Assembly: GCA_043732185.1 (NCBI GenBank)
Contig: JAYTHY010000032.1
Location: 1-39,154, forward strand
Direction of reading: 5' to 3'
Length of the DNA: 39,154 nt
Source of the DNA: Fibrobacteria bacterium
Lineage (GTDB): Bacteria > Fibrobacterota > Fibrobacteria > UBA11236
Part shown: piece after piece, positions 1 to 9,900 of the stretch
Layout of the letters: each line of letters opens with the position of its first letter
Numbering within the stretch: position 1 is the stretch's first letter
Translations under genes and position numbers: made by a program
The notes under the pieces: generated by a model
Told to the model about the DNA's origin: nothing
What the model saw: only the letters and a program-made list of their open reading frames with translations
The model's database searches: none

Positions 1-69
1 TGTATTCACAGTGGTCAAGGTAGGAGCAGAATAACATTATTCTTCTTGACGGGAAAGGGGTAAGGATAC

Positions 70-387
70 CTATTGGGAGCGGTATCCCCAATCCTGGGAA
101 CGGCCGTTTTGGATTTCGGTGAGGATTTTAAGCAATGAGTTTTCACATTTTTTTAAAAATTGCAATCGAGTCTCTTCCAGTGATACTTCCTTGCGCACGA
201 CAAAAACCTGTTTTTCATGCGCTACTAAGGAAAGGATATAATCATGTTCCAACCATTGGCTGAAATAGGCCACCAGCGCTTCCGTATTGAGGAAATTGTA
301 CTTGGTTTCCTCGCGAGACGCGACGTCTTGTCCAATCGACCAAGGCGCGTATTCCGGGTTGGGTGGATAGGGATAAAGCATGGTCAT
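70..387 (-). CDS. Hypothetical protein (~105 aa)
   Basis: Only sizeable ORF in this interval, divergent from yajC. Start moved from the TTG at 423 to the ATG at 387 because the TTG is part of a -35-like hexamer. No recognisable family motif. Confidence 0.55.
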   Translation of the reverse strand: MTMLYPYPPNPEYAPWSIGQDVASREETKYNFLNTEALVAYFSQWLEHDYILSLVAHEKQVFVVRKEVSLEETRLQFLKKCENSLLKILTEIQNGRSQDWGYRSQ

Positions 388-394
388 ATGTGAA

Positions 395-423
395 ATTATT
401 GGCGCGGCGAGGGGTGGCGTCAA
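395..423 (-). promoter_or_regulatory. Putative sigma70-like promoter (possibly leaderless transcript)
   Basis: Minus strand reads TTGACG (423-418), 17 bp, AATAAT (400-395), 7 nt, ATG (387). No SD in between. Confidence 0.4.
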
Positions 424-545
424 GAACGGGACGCACGAAGGCGTAAATGTGACCGATTCTTGACCTCGAAAACCCCCAAGAGCCTTAATTACTATATTAT
501 TTCGGTTATTTTTGCCTTTATTAACACTTTCGACTGGACCCCAGC

Positions 546-833
546 ATGAATTTCGACATTAAAGACCTGCTCTTTTTTGGACCTATGATTTTGATAATTT
601 ATTTCATGATCTTTTTGCCCAAGAAAAAAGAACAGCAAGCCATGACTAAAATGCTTGGTTCACTCAAAAAGGGTGACCGGGTATTGACACATTCAGGCAT
701 GTATGGGGAAGTGGCCGCCATCAAAGAGAATCTCATTACGCTTAAGTTTTCCGATAATGTACGTATCGATTTCAACAAAAGCGCCATTCAAAAGGCTGTT
801 GATGAACCGGTAGAAGCCAAAGAAAAAGCCTAA
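546..833 (+). CDS. yajC: Preprotein translocase subunit YajC
   Basis: N-terminal TM with 'IIYFMIFLP' plus 'LKKGDRVLTHSGMYGEV', the classic YajC signature; 95 aa. Confidence 0.95.
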   Translation: MNFDIKDLLFFGPMILIIYFMIFLPKKKEQQAMTKMLGSLKKGDRVLTHSGMYGEVAAIKENLITLKFSDNVRIDFNKSAIQKAVDEPVEAKEKA

Positions 834-862
834 CTCTAAACGACTGTCACAGCGAGCACTTT

Positions 863-1384
863 ATGATATTGCCCATTTACAAATACGGCCAAAAGGTGCT
901 CCGCAAACGTGCCGTGGATGTAGGCGCCATCACACCCGGACTGGTCAAACTAGCCGAAGATATGCTGGAAACCATGTACGATTCCGCCGGAGTCGGCTTG
1001 GCTGCGCCTCAGGTAGGCAAATCTCTGCGATTAATTGTGGTGGATATTACTTCGGAAGAAGAGGAGCGAAAGCCGTATTATCTCTTTAATCCCGTGGTGA
1101 TAACCTCGAGCAATCCGGTAGGGGCAGAGGAAGGTTGCCTGTCGGTACCCGGCATTTGGGCGGAAGTGGAAAGACCGGAAACCATTACGGTAGAGGCGCG
1201 TGGGCAGGATGGGAAAAAGGTGGTCCTTAAAAACATTTCCGGGCTGCTGGCCCGCTGCATCCAACATGAAATCGATCACCTTAACGGAGTACTCTTCGTC
1301 GATAAGATTTCCGATGCGGATAGGACATTAAACGAGGTGAAACTCCAGAAACTCTCCAAGGAATCAAAATCGGCCCCAAGGTGA
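863..1384 (+). CDS. def: Peptide deformylase
   Basis: Motifs GVGLAAPQVG, EGCLS and QHEIDHLNG. Confidence 0.97.
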   Translation: MILPIYKYGQKVLRKRAVDVGAITPGLVKLAEDMLETMYDSAGVGLAAPQVGKSLRLIVVDITSEEEERKPYYLFNPVVITSSNPVGAEEGCLSVPGIWAEVERPETITVEARGQDGKKVVLKNISGLLARCIQHEIDHLNGVLFVDKISDADRTLNEVKLQKLSKESKSAPR

Positions 1385-2907
1385 TACTTTCTCTGCGCAT
1401 TAGAAGACTAGGAATCGCGCAGCTTGGGTTAGGCCTCCTCAGCTTTATTTTTTCTTGTGCTACAGCCCCAGTCAAGCCAATTGAATTACCAAGCCGCAAT
1501 TTGCCCATTTCCCTACCCTATCCTGAAGTTGAAGATACGCTGGCATGGGACCCCGATCCCATTCATGATTCTGACCGGACCGGTTCTGACACGGATTCCA
1601 CCTATGCCACCCATTCACTAGGCACTGGTGGCTGGTCCAGTCCGCCTGTTTCATCCGACTCTTCTTCATTGGTAACTTCGCCGATACCCCTTCCCGACGG
1701 AATCCGAACTCAGCCTCGCCCCAAGGATTTACCCGATAAGATTCGAGTTTTGTTAAGCCGCGATGCCCGCACTCTTTCAGTGTATTCACTCGGAGAGTTG
1801 CAAATTCTGAGCGAAAGTGTCACCCTAGAACCTAACCCTGCCCTGCGCTCCTGGACTGCCACTAAGCTTGTGACTGTGCGTGGAGCGATGCTAATCCGTC
1901 GCCAAAACCTTGGTTTTGAACTTAGCCAAAATGGCAAAACCCTAGCAACCACCACATCCACACGACTCAGATTGATTTCCGTTAATCGGTTTAACCTCAT
2001 CGATTTGAATGGCTCCGTTTACCGAGGTGGTATGCATTTGTTGGGACAAACCGATGGAGGTATTGTAGCCATCAATGTGTTGGGTGTGGAAGACTACCTT
2101 CGCGGCGTTTTGCCTTATGAACTCGGCACCGTAGACCGCGGATCCTTGGAAGCGCTAAAAGCTTTAGCAGTTGTCGCCCGCACCTATGCCTACAAACGCA
2201 TGCTACACCCGGGCAACCGCGACTTTCACGTCTTTAGCGATGTCCAGGACCAAGTTTACAAAGGCGTAAAAGGCGAATACTTGCTGAGCGACCGTGCTGT
2301 TTGGGAGACCAGAAGCATGGCCGTTTTATACCGGGATAGCTTAGCCCAATGCTATTACTTTTCAACCTGCGGTGGCCACACGGCCAGTAAACATGAGGTG
2401 TGGGGAGGTGAGAGCGTTCCCTACCTGCTTTCGCGTTCAGACAGTGATGACAAGGGCCAAGCCTTTTGTCGCGCCTCCAAGTATTCTTCCTGGACGGAGA
2501 ATTGGAATCAAATACAGCTCGCGGGAATACTCAAACGAAATCTAAAATCTGCAGGCGTAAATGATGTCCCTGGTTTTAGTCGCATCAAAAGCCTTGAGGT
2601 CACTACCCGAGCCACCTGTGGTCGTATTCGAGTTCTTAAAATCAACACGGATGGCGGGCCGATCCTGGTCAAAGGAGACAAGGTTCGCTGGGCTTTAAGA
2701 CCCTCCGCGAACGAAAATAAAATTTTGCCTAGCGCCTCGTTTGACGTGAGAATGGTCGATGGCCAGGTAACGGCCGAGGGACGGGGATTCGGACATGGAG
2801 TGGGCCTGTGCCAAATGGGAGCCATCGCCCGCGCTAAAGCGAATCAAAGTTTTAAGCAAATCATCGACGCCTATTTTACTAATGTTCAACTGGTAGAATA
2901 CCGGTAA
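1381..2907 (+). CDS. SpoIID/LytB-domain lipoprotein (peptidoglycan lytic transglycosylase family)
   Basis: 'EDYLRGVLPYE', 'LKALAVVARTYA', 'DQVYKG', 'STCGGHT' and 'GRGFGHGVGLCQMGA'. Lipobox-like 'FIFSC' followed by a Ser/Pro-rich linker. GTGA overlap with the def stop. Confidence 0.9.
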   Translation: MILSLRIRRLGIAQLGLGLLSFIFSCATAPVKPIELPSRNLPISLPYPEVEDTLAWDPDPIHDSDRTGSDTDSTYATHSLGTGGWSSPPVSSDSSSLVTSPIPLPDGIRTQPRPKDLPDKIRVLLSRDARTLSVYSLGELQILSESVTLEPNPALRSWTATKLVTVRGAMLIRRQNLGFELSQNGKTLATTTSTRLRLISVNRFNLIDLNGSVYRGGMHLLGQTDGGIVAINVLGVEDYLRGVLPYELGTVDRGSLEALKALAVVARTYAYKRMLHPGNRDFHVFSDVQDQVYKGVKGEYLLSDRAVWETRSMAVLYRDSLAQCYYFSTCGGHTASKHEVWGGESVPYLLSRSDSDDKGQAFCRASKYSSWTENWNQIQLAGILKRNLKSAGVNDVPGFSRIKSLEVTTRATCGRIRVLKINTDGGPILVKGDKVRWALRPSANENKILPSASFDVRMVDGQVTAEGRGFGHGVGLCQMGAIARAKANQSFKQIIDAYFTNVQLVEYR

Positions 2908-2924
2908 AGTTGGAGAGGTAAATC

Positions 2925-3695
2925 GTGTTGGTTATTCGAGACATGCAAGTGCAAGCGCTTGGCGAGTCGATTAGGTCGCAATTCGAAGGGCGTCTGCAAA
3001 ACCATTTAATCGAAGCCTTCCCACGCCAATGCGAATTCCTAGGTTCAACTCAGGTTCGGGAAATTATTAAGCTGGGGGTATTGCGCGCGAGTCGTTTTGG
3101 TTTTAATAGCGAAGCGGATGTCTTCTTATACCTCTGCTTAATGATGATGCTCGGCTCGTTTTTCGATGAAGATCCCCTGCTGCATTGGGTGCCACGCTAT
3201 TTGGACGCGCCCCTTAGACCAGGAATTGCTGGAGACCGTGAAAAATTATTGCAACTCCATGCTGCCACCATGGATTACCTTGACCATATAGCAGGTGACG
3301 AGAATGAGAGCCTCATTCGTGCCCTAATACGTTTTCGTGATTTCGATGTCAATGCCTTCCGAAAACTATCCGACATCGGTCTCCCTCAGGCTCTTTGCGA
3401 CATTTGTTCTTCGCTCTATCCACAGAAGGCAGCCTTTGCCGGAACCTCGTCCATCACAGCTTCATTTCAACGCGCAGTTGCTGACGGTCGAAGCCATGGA
3501 CTACTTACCGCTTATGGCCTAGGTATATATACTGCAACGGCCTTTATGTTGGGCCTAGGATTTAGGAAAGATCCTCAATTTACTTGGGCGAACCATGCGC
3601 TCAATCATCCCGTCCAAGGCAACGGTGAAATGGCTGCGACGCAACTCAATACCGAGGCCAGGAAATACCTCGCATTCGGCCTCACTGGCGGATAG
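2925..3695 (+). CDS. Hypothetical helical protein made of two ~60-aa repeats; resembles T6SS-effector-associated adaptor/chaperone-type proteins
   Basis: SD GGAGAGG at 2911-2917 and GTG start. Internal repeat 'FP...F.G...G....Y....MLG..F..DP...W' occurs twice. The function is my inference. Confidence 0.7.
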   Translation: MLVIRDMQVQALGESIRSQFEGRLQNHLIEAFPRQCEFLGSTQVREIIKLGVLRASRFGFNSEADVFLYLCLMMMLGSFFDEDPLLHWVPRYLDAPLRPGIAGDREKLLQLHAATMDYLDHIAGDENESLIRALIRFRDFDVNAFRKLSDIGLPQALCDICSSLYPQKAAFAGTSSITASFQRAVADGRSHGLLTAYGLGIYTATAFMLGLGFRKDPQFTWANHALNHPVQGNGEMAATQLNTEARKYLAFGLTGG

Positions 3696-3701
3696 TTCAT
3701 T

Positions 3702-5465
3702 ATGTGCATACCCAAAAAAGAGAAACGCAAAAACCAAACCAAGCAAGTTGTTTCTAAGCAAGAACCGGTAGTCAGCTCAAAGTGCCATCGGGATTCAGTT
3801 GAAGAAATTTCAGAAAAAACAAGTTTGGAAATCTATGATCTAACCGCAATTACCTGTGATTTGCCTATCAAACTTACAGATCGCGATTTGCACTGGAAAA
3901 CGTATTCCACCCCAGGTACTGCCAAGGTGACGGTGACCACCGATCCGAATCAAAAAGACGTGTGGGACCTTTTAAAATGGAGCGAAGGCGCTCCTGGTGC
4001 ATCTGAAAACGAAAAGCTTATAGACTTAACAACCGCTCGCGATGCAAAAATAAGTGTAACCCTCGAACAAGATATTCCAAAAACGCTAGTTGCCGATCTT
4101 CATATCTGTCAATGGCCTGTACTTGAGGTGCAGCTTATTCAATTCAATGCGATTTCTGTCGTTGAGGATGGAACGCCCCGCATCGACAAGCTCTTATCGC
4201 GCCGTTGGGAAAAAGGAAGAGCGAAACAAAATCCAATATGTTACGCAGCCGGAAGTAAGATTAAAGTAGACGCCACGTTAAACGTCACGACAGTTTCCAC
4301 CGATGATGAAGACGTAAAAATAAAAGCGGTATCCACATTGGGTGGCAAGGTTTTCACCTGGGAGGCTATTGCCAAGATACAAGCGGGAAAGAAAACAGTT
4401 GAGGTGAAGGCCATTAGTTGCGATGTCGCCTTAGCAATGGGTGTAGCCATTTACGATGCAATGACTCTCGACTGGTCCATGTTGGGCTCAGACGGCGTCA
4501 CCTGGTCGGCAATTGGCAGTACGGTGCAAACACTGTATGTGACGTTAGGCGCGCCCGTAGTCGGCACGAAAGCCTATTGGACCCTGCTTGACGTTTCCTG
4601 TCGGGCCGCGGCGGGTCAATTAACAGAAAATACCTTTGTTCCAGCCGCCTTTACCGCATTTGCAAATAGTACTGGAGATGGCAGAGGCATGGTACGCAAA
4701 GGCGACGGAGTTCGTTTGTCCTACTACAAATTTGGTGTGAAGACTTCTGGAGATCAAACCGAGCCCTCCGTATACAGTACTCGCGGCATTCTCAGTCGAC
4801 CTGACGGAACCGGGCGCTGCGGGGGATGGGCAAATCTCTTAATCCACCTTTTCAAAATCCACGGAATCTCGAGTGGTAAGCAACTCCTATTTTTCCGCCC
4901 CTACGATCTCAAACCGGATATTTACAATCGTTTTTTGGTTAAGAACTGTACATTCGCAGGTGCAGGCACGGCCAACGCAAAGGCGGGCTATACGCATAAG
5001 GGGGATACTGAGTGCATAAAGCAGAACGGCCTGGCAGGCCAGGGCAAAACGAACCCACAATTTGATTTTGGCGACCACGTTGTAGTAGAGCATGACGGAA
5101 AAATTTACGACCCATCGTATGGCGCTGGTCCAATCCTCTCACAGCGAGCCTATGAAGATGGCGCCATTGCTGGAATCGGCAGAATTACCACTGGAATCCA
5201 ATTCACCCAATTGGATGGAACAAAACAATTTATTTCTGAAGAGTGCGCGGAAGGATTTATTGCCCATACAGTTACGGCCGGTGAGACTATCGCAGATATT
5301 GCTTTGGCATATACGGTTGCTTCGGTCGTACAACTTTTCGATCATCCCTATAATCATCATTTAAAGACTACACGAGTTACTGCGGACAAAATTATGGTGG
5401 GAGATACAGTGAATATTCCACGTGATAGGACTACAAAACCTATACTTTACACCCGCTATGCATGA
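3702..5465 (+). CDS. Putative toxin/effector: papain/transglutaminase-like Cys-His-Asp domain plus C-terminal LysM
   Basis: 'GTGRCGGWANLLIHLFKIHGI' (C373) and 'DHVVVEHDGKIYDPSYG' (H459, D470). LysM 'HTVTAGETIADIALAY...HPYN..LK..R...IMVGDTVNIP' at ~aa 522-573. Beta-rich N-terminal half; no signal peptide. Confidence 0.7.
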   Translation: MCIPKKEKRKNQTKQVVSKQEPVVSSKCHRDSVEEISEKTSLEIYDLTAITCDLPIKLTDRDLHWKTYSTPGTAKVTVTTDPNQKDVWDLLKWSEGAPGASENEKLIDLTTARDAKISVTLEQDIPKTLVADLHICQWPVLEVQLIQFNAISVVEDGTPRIDKLLSRRWEKGRAKQNPICYAAGSKIKVDATLNVTTVSTDDEDVKIKAVSTLGGKVFTWEAIAKIQAGKKTVEVKAISCDVALAMGVAIYDAMTLDWSMLGSDGVTWSAIGSTVQTLYVTLGAPVVGTKAYWTLLDVSCRAAAGQLTENTFVPAAFTAFANSTGDGRGMVRKGDGVRLSYYKFGVKTSGDQTEPSVYSTRGILSRPDGTGRCGGWANLLIHLFKIHGISSGKQLLFFRPYDLKPDIYNRFLVKNCTFAGAGTANAKAGYTHKGDTECIKQNGLAGQGKTNPQFDFGDHVVVEHDGKIYDPSYGAGPILSQRAYEDGAIAGIGRITTGIQFTQLDGTKQFISEECAEGFIAHTVTAGETIADIALAYTVASVVQLFDHPYNHHLKTTRVTADKIMVGDTVNIPRDRTTKPILYTRYA

Positions 5466-5509
5466 ACTACCTAAACCAAACGTTCTTCAGTTAAGCTGCA
5501 GAGGATTAC

Positions 5510-6643
5510 ATGCTCAGATTCAGGAACTCACCTGCGGCAATTTTAGTCCTATTTTTGCTGATGGCAATAGGCTGTACTATGCCTCGATTCGCGGCGAGGA
5601 ACAAGACTATGGAATTTAAACTTAAACCCATCGCTCAAGGAAGTATTCCCGGGCTTGGGGATACCTCATTGACGGCCATAAGACTGACCAGTGTGGATGG
5701 ACCGCAAATAATTGCTGCTCATGATAACGAGGGTAAACTGGTTCTTTCGCTTTCAAACTTGATCCAAGACACCTCAACAAGCGAATTTAAATCGGTTCTT
5801 TCCACAGCCCATCCCTTGCCAGAGTTGGCAGGTATTCCCGGCCCGTTACCTGATTGGGATGCGACCATTCTTGCCGACGGATCTGCTTCGGCCGTATGGA
5901 CATTGGCGGGAAGTGCAGTTTCTTATTTGTCCTTTCGCAACTCGAAGCATGCTGAAATTGGAACTGTAAACGAGCAAACACCCTTTGGTGTCTTTGGCGC
6001 GCCCCATTTCCTTAAGGCCGATACTGTTTCCAACTTACCCATCGCAGCCATCGCATTACTTGATGGTGAAGCTCAAGTTGTGGTATTTAAACCCAATTCA
6101 GCACAGTCCTTTGCCAAACACAAAACTATTGAAGCCGAATGGCGAGGCGTCCCCGTCGATGCCAGGCTGGTGCGTAACAGATCGGGTTATTTACTTTTCG
6201 TGAAGGTACTGGCAGCGGGTGCCGAGCCTATTCATGCTGAGCGTAGAACGGGATCTGGAAAGTTACTCATGCCGGGTTATGTGGATATGATCCACCTGGA
6301 TGCTGAATTCAATAAGGTCGCAATGGGAAACGCACCGTTCGGCGACCTGTTAGTATTTGAATTTGATGCTGTTTCAACAGATCCGTTTTTGGCCGTATTT
6401 GCCACAACCGTCACGGGAGCCCATGTCGTAGTATTTGAGGAGCGAGAAGATGCTCGTGGATTGCAGGTAACATTAAGGCGAATGTCGTCCGAATGTATTT
6501 CCGCTGAACCCTTCGCTTCGCCTTCATTGATAGCCTCAAACCACATTCTCTATGCGGCGGCTATCCGCTCCGTGAATACCAAGGACGCTCAAATTGTCAT
6601 TGACAAATTGGATTTGGACCTGATCCCTTCAGATGGAAATTAA
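5510..6643 (+). CDS. Hypothetical lipoprotein (candidate immunity protein; beta-rich, possibly a propeller)
   Basis: SD AGAGGA upstream. Signal peptide II 'AAILVLFLLMAIG-C' (C22). Lies directly downstream of the putative effector. Confidence 0.7.
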   Translation: MLRFRNSPAAILVLFLLMAIGCTMPRFAARNKTMEFKLKPIAQGSIPGLGDTSLTAIRLTSVDGPQIIAAHDNEGKLVLSLSNLIQDTSTSEFKSVLSTAHPLPELAGIPGPLPDWDATILADGSASAVWTLAGSAVSYLSFRNSKHAEIGTVNEQTPFGVFGAPHFLKADTVSNLPIAAIALLDGEAQVVVFKPNSAQSFAKHKTIEAEWRGVPVDARLVRNRSGYLLFVKVLAAGAEPIHAERRTGSGKLLMPGYVDMIHLDAEFNKVAMGNAPFGDLLVFEFDAVSTDPFLAVFATTVTGAHVVVFEEREDARGLQVTLRRMSSECISAEPFASPSLIASNHILYAAAIRSVNTKDAQIVIDKLDLDLIPSDGN

Positions 6644-6653
6644 AATTGAAAAT

Positions 6654-6684
6654 GGGCGGCGCGTGGGTGATTTAACCACCGCCC
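6654..6684 (-). terminator. Possible weak hairpin terminator at the convergent lipoprotein/thiS junction
   Basis: GGGCG..GTGG / CCAC.CGCCC bulged stem overlapping the thiS stop, followed by ATTTT on the minus strand. Confidence 0.25.
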
Positions 6685-6881
6685 AAAAATTTCACGATTT
6701 CGACTTCGTCGCCATCCTTTAGAATAATACTGGCATACTCGGCTTTACTGGGTACGAGGCGGTTGAGTTCCACAACTACCATTTCCATTTTCAATTTATA
6801 GTGCTGGAGCAGCTGCAACAAATTGAGACCGGATTCCAGGTCGGCTTTTTCGCCGTTGACTTTGACTTGCATTGGGTTCAT
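6672..6881 (-). CDS. thiS: Sulfur carrier protein ThiS
   Basis: 69 aa ubiquitin-like fold: 'VKVNG', 'VVVELN', C-terminal 'GDEVEIVKFLGGG'. Start may be the second Met (6872). Confidence 0.92.
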   Translation of the reverse strand: MNPMQVKVNGEKADLESGLNLLQLLQHYKLKMEMVVVELNRLVPSKAEYASIILKDGDEVEIVKFLGGG

Positions 6882-6902
6882 AAAAATTTTAGTAAAAAGT
6901 AT

Positions 6903-9900
6903 TCAGGCAAGACCGAACCCTTGAGCAATCGGCTTCTGCCCCAAGGTCATATTGAAAACCATATCCGTAACATACCTGCGGAAAGAATCGTTTTGCACAA
7001 ATTGTTTGTAGACCTCGGTGTCATCCTTCAGAAATCCCAACATCACGTTTTGCAGGGCTTTATCGTGTTCGAGTCTAGCAGTATTTGGCGTGTTCTTCTG
7101 AGCATTGAGATAGGCTTGATCGGCAGCCACTTTAGGGGCAATTTCCTCACGGATACGTTTTCCAACACGATCGGCATCGGAAAATAGAGTTGAAAAATTA
7201 TCGTTAAAGGTTTTCAGGATGCTGCTCAGTCGGTCCATTTCCGGCTCGGATTTTCGACCGCCGCCTTCGGTCGGAATGGGTGCTATTTCTGCATTTTGGT
7301 CCGGTAATTGGATGCGCATAGCCGCCTGTTTTTCCGTGCGATAGCTATCCATGTCGATGGCTTCGAGAATCCCCTTAGACAAATCTTCCTCAATCGGTGC
7401 TGGCAATTTGGAGATGAGGAAATTGAGGAAAATGGACAGTTTTTCCCAATCGGCATTGGTATAAGGTAGCACCGAGGCAAGAAAATCATAGGTGCGGGTG
7501 AAGGTTTTGGCCTTGCCTTTGAAATCCACTTGGCCGTCTTCATCCAGATGATCCTTATAGGCATCAACGCAACTATCGAGAAGGGGATCCAAATTTTCCC
7601 GCAACGCTCCAGATAGATAAAGGGTGACGAATTGGTCGATTTTTTCATGATCATAAACCTGATGGTTGTCCAGAGCAGCCTTAAGGTCATGCAGCTTGTT
7701 GGGATCGGTTTCTTCGCTCAGTACCGTGGTCCGGTAATAATCGGCAAAGGCCAAGGTAATGGTTTCGGTATCATTCATGAAATCGAGCACGAAGACATCA
7801 TGCTTTTGCGGATGTGCGCGGTTGAGCCGCGACAGGGTTTGCACGGCCTTAATGCCGGATAAGGGCTTGTCCACATACATGGTATGCAGTAAAGGTTCGT
7901 CGTAACCGGTTTGGAACTTATCCGCGCAGATTAAAAACCGATAGGGGTCTTCCTTGACCTTGTCGGCGATATCATTGCTTGGGAACCCATTCAAAGTGGA
8001 TTCCGTCATTTTAAGACCGCCATATTCCACCTCACCGGAAAAGGCGACGATGGCCTGATGCGGGCTTTTGCGCTCCTTCAAATACTCGCGGAAGGCATGG
8101 AAATATTGGATGGCCCTTTCGATGCCGGCGCAGACGACCATGGCCCGGGCTTGGCCGCCGATTTTATTCAGCGCCATCACCTGCTCATGAAAATGATCCA
8201 CCATGATTTCCGCCTTGAGTTTGATGGCATGATCATGGCTCTCCACATACTTGCGGAGTTTTTTCTTGGCGCGCTTGGTGTCGAACTCGGGATCGCTGTC
8301 CACGGTTTTCACCAGCTTATAATAGCTGTTCACGGGGGTATAGCATTTGAGCACGTCCAGGATGAAGCCTTCCTGAATAGCCTGCTTCATGGTATAGGTA
8401 TGGAAGGGCTTATGCTTGACCTTGCCTTCCGCATCCGCAGGCTGCGGTTCCCCAAACATTTCCAAGGTTTTGTTTTTAGGCGTCGCGGTAAAGGCAAAAT
8501 AACTGGCATTGGTCAGTAACTTGCGCGATTCCATCACCCGGTTAATTTTGTCTTCCGGAGTTTCGTCCTCGTCCTTCTCAGGCCTCTCCCCCGCCTCACC
8601 CAGAGCGCCACTGATGGCGGCGGAGGTTTTCCCACCTTGACTGGAATGGGCTTCATCAATGAGTAACGCGAAGTTGCGGGTGCGCTGATCCGATCCGATT
8701 TCATCAAGGATATAAGGAAATTTTTGCACCGTGGAGATGATGATTTTCTTGCCGCTCTCGATGAACTCGCGCAGCTGTTGGGATCCTTCGGTCACCGCGC
8801 CCACGGTAGCGCCCACCTGAGCGAATTGCCGGATGGTATCACGAATCTGTTTGTCCAGAATACGCCGATCGGTGATGACGACGATGGAATCGAAAACCGC
8901 TTTGCCGTCCTTATGGACACCAATCAGTTGATGGGCCAGCCAAGCGATGGAATTGCTTTTTCCGCTACCCGCCGAATGTTGGATCAAGTATTTACGTCCC
9001 GCCCCTTGGGCGGCGGCATCAGTCAAAAGCGCCCGTACCACGCCCAGCTGATGAAAGCGGGGAAAGATTTGGACAAACTTTTTCTTGCCGGTCTTTTCGT
9101 TTTTCAGCTCCACCACTTGGGCATAGTTCTCGATAATATCGGTCAAGCCCAGTGGCGTCAGGATGCGCTTCCAGAGAAAATCGGCCTTGAGCCCATTAGG
9201 ATTGGGCGGATTGCCCGCGCCGTCATTCCAGCCTTGATTAAAGGGTAGGAACCAAGAGGCTTTGCCCTTGAGCTCGGTGCAAAACATGACCTCGTTTTCA
9301 TCCACAGCAAAGTGAACCATACAGCGGCCAAAGGCAAAAAGACGTTCGCGCGGGTCACGGTCGCGCTTGTACTGCTCCACGGCATCTTCTACGGTTTGCT
9401 TGGTAAGGCTGTTCTTGAGTTCGAAGGTGGATACGGGCAGGCCATTGATAAAAAGGCCCAGGTCGAGGGCACGGTTGGTTTCATCGCGGCTATACCGGAG
9501 TTGGCGGGAAACGCTGAAGCGGTTGGCGGCATTGAGTAAGGTGGCCTTTTCGTTTCCGGGCGAAGGCGTGCCGTAGAAGAGTTCCACGGTATACTTTTCA
9601 TGCTTGAGCCCATGACGAAGGACCTGGATGATGCCTACCTTGGTTATCTCAGCCTGAAGCCGAGCCAGGAATTTGCGGCGAACGGGAGTATCGCTGGAGA
9701 GCTCCAGGGCAGCGGCGATTTTGGGTTGGGTGGCTTCCAAAAAGGCGCGGAGGTGAACGAGGTCTACGTAGGCTTCTCTATCGTAGTCGCCAGCATCGCC
9801 TAGAAGCCAACCGGTGCCACCATAAGGCTCGGCGGATTTTTGGAACATGTCGGGTGGCGGCGTTTCCAGCTTGGCCCGGCCGGTCATGGCGATGAGGATG

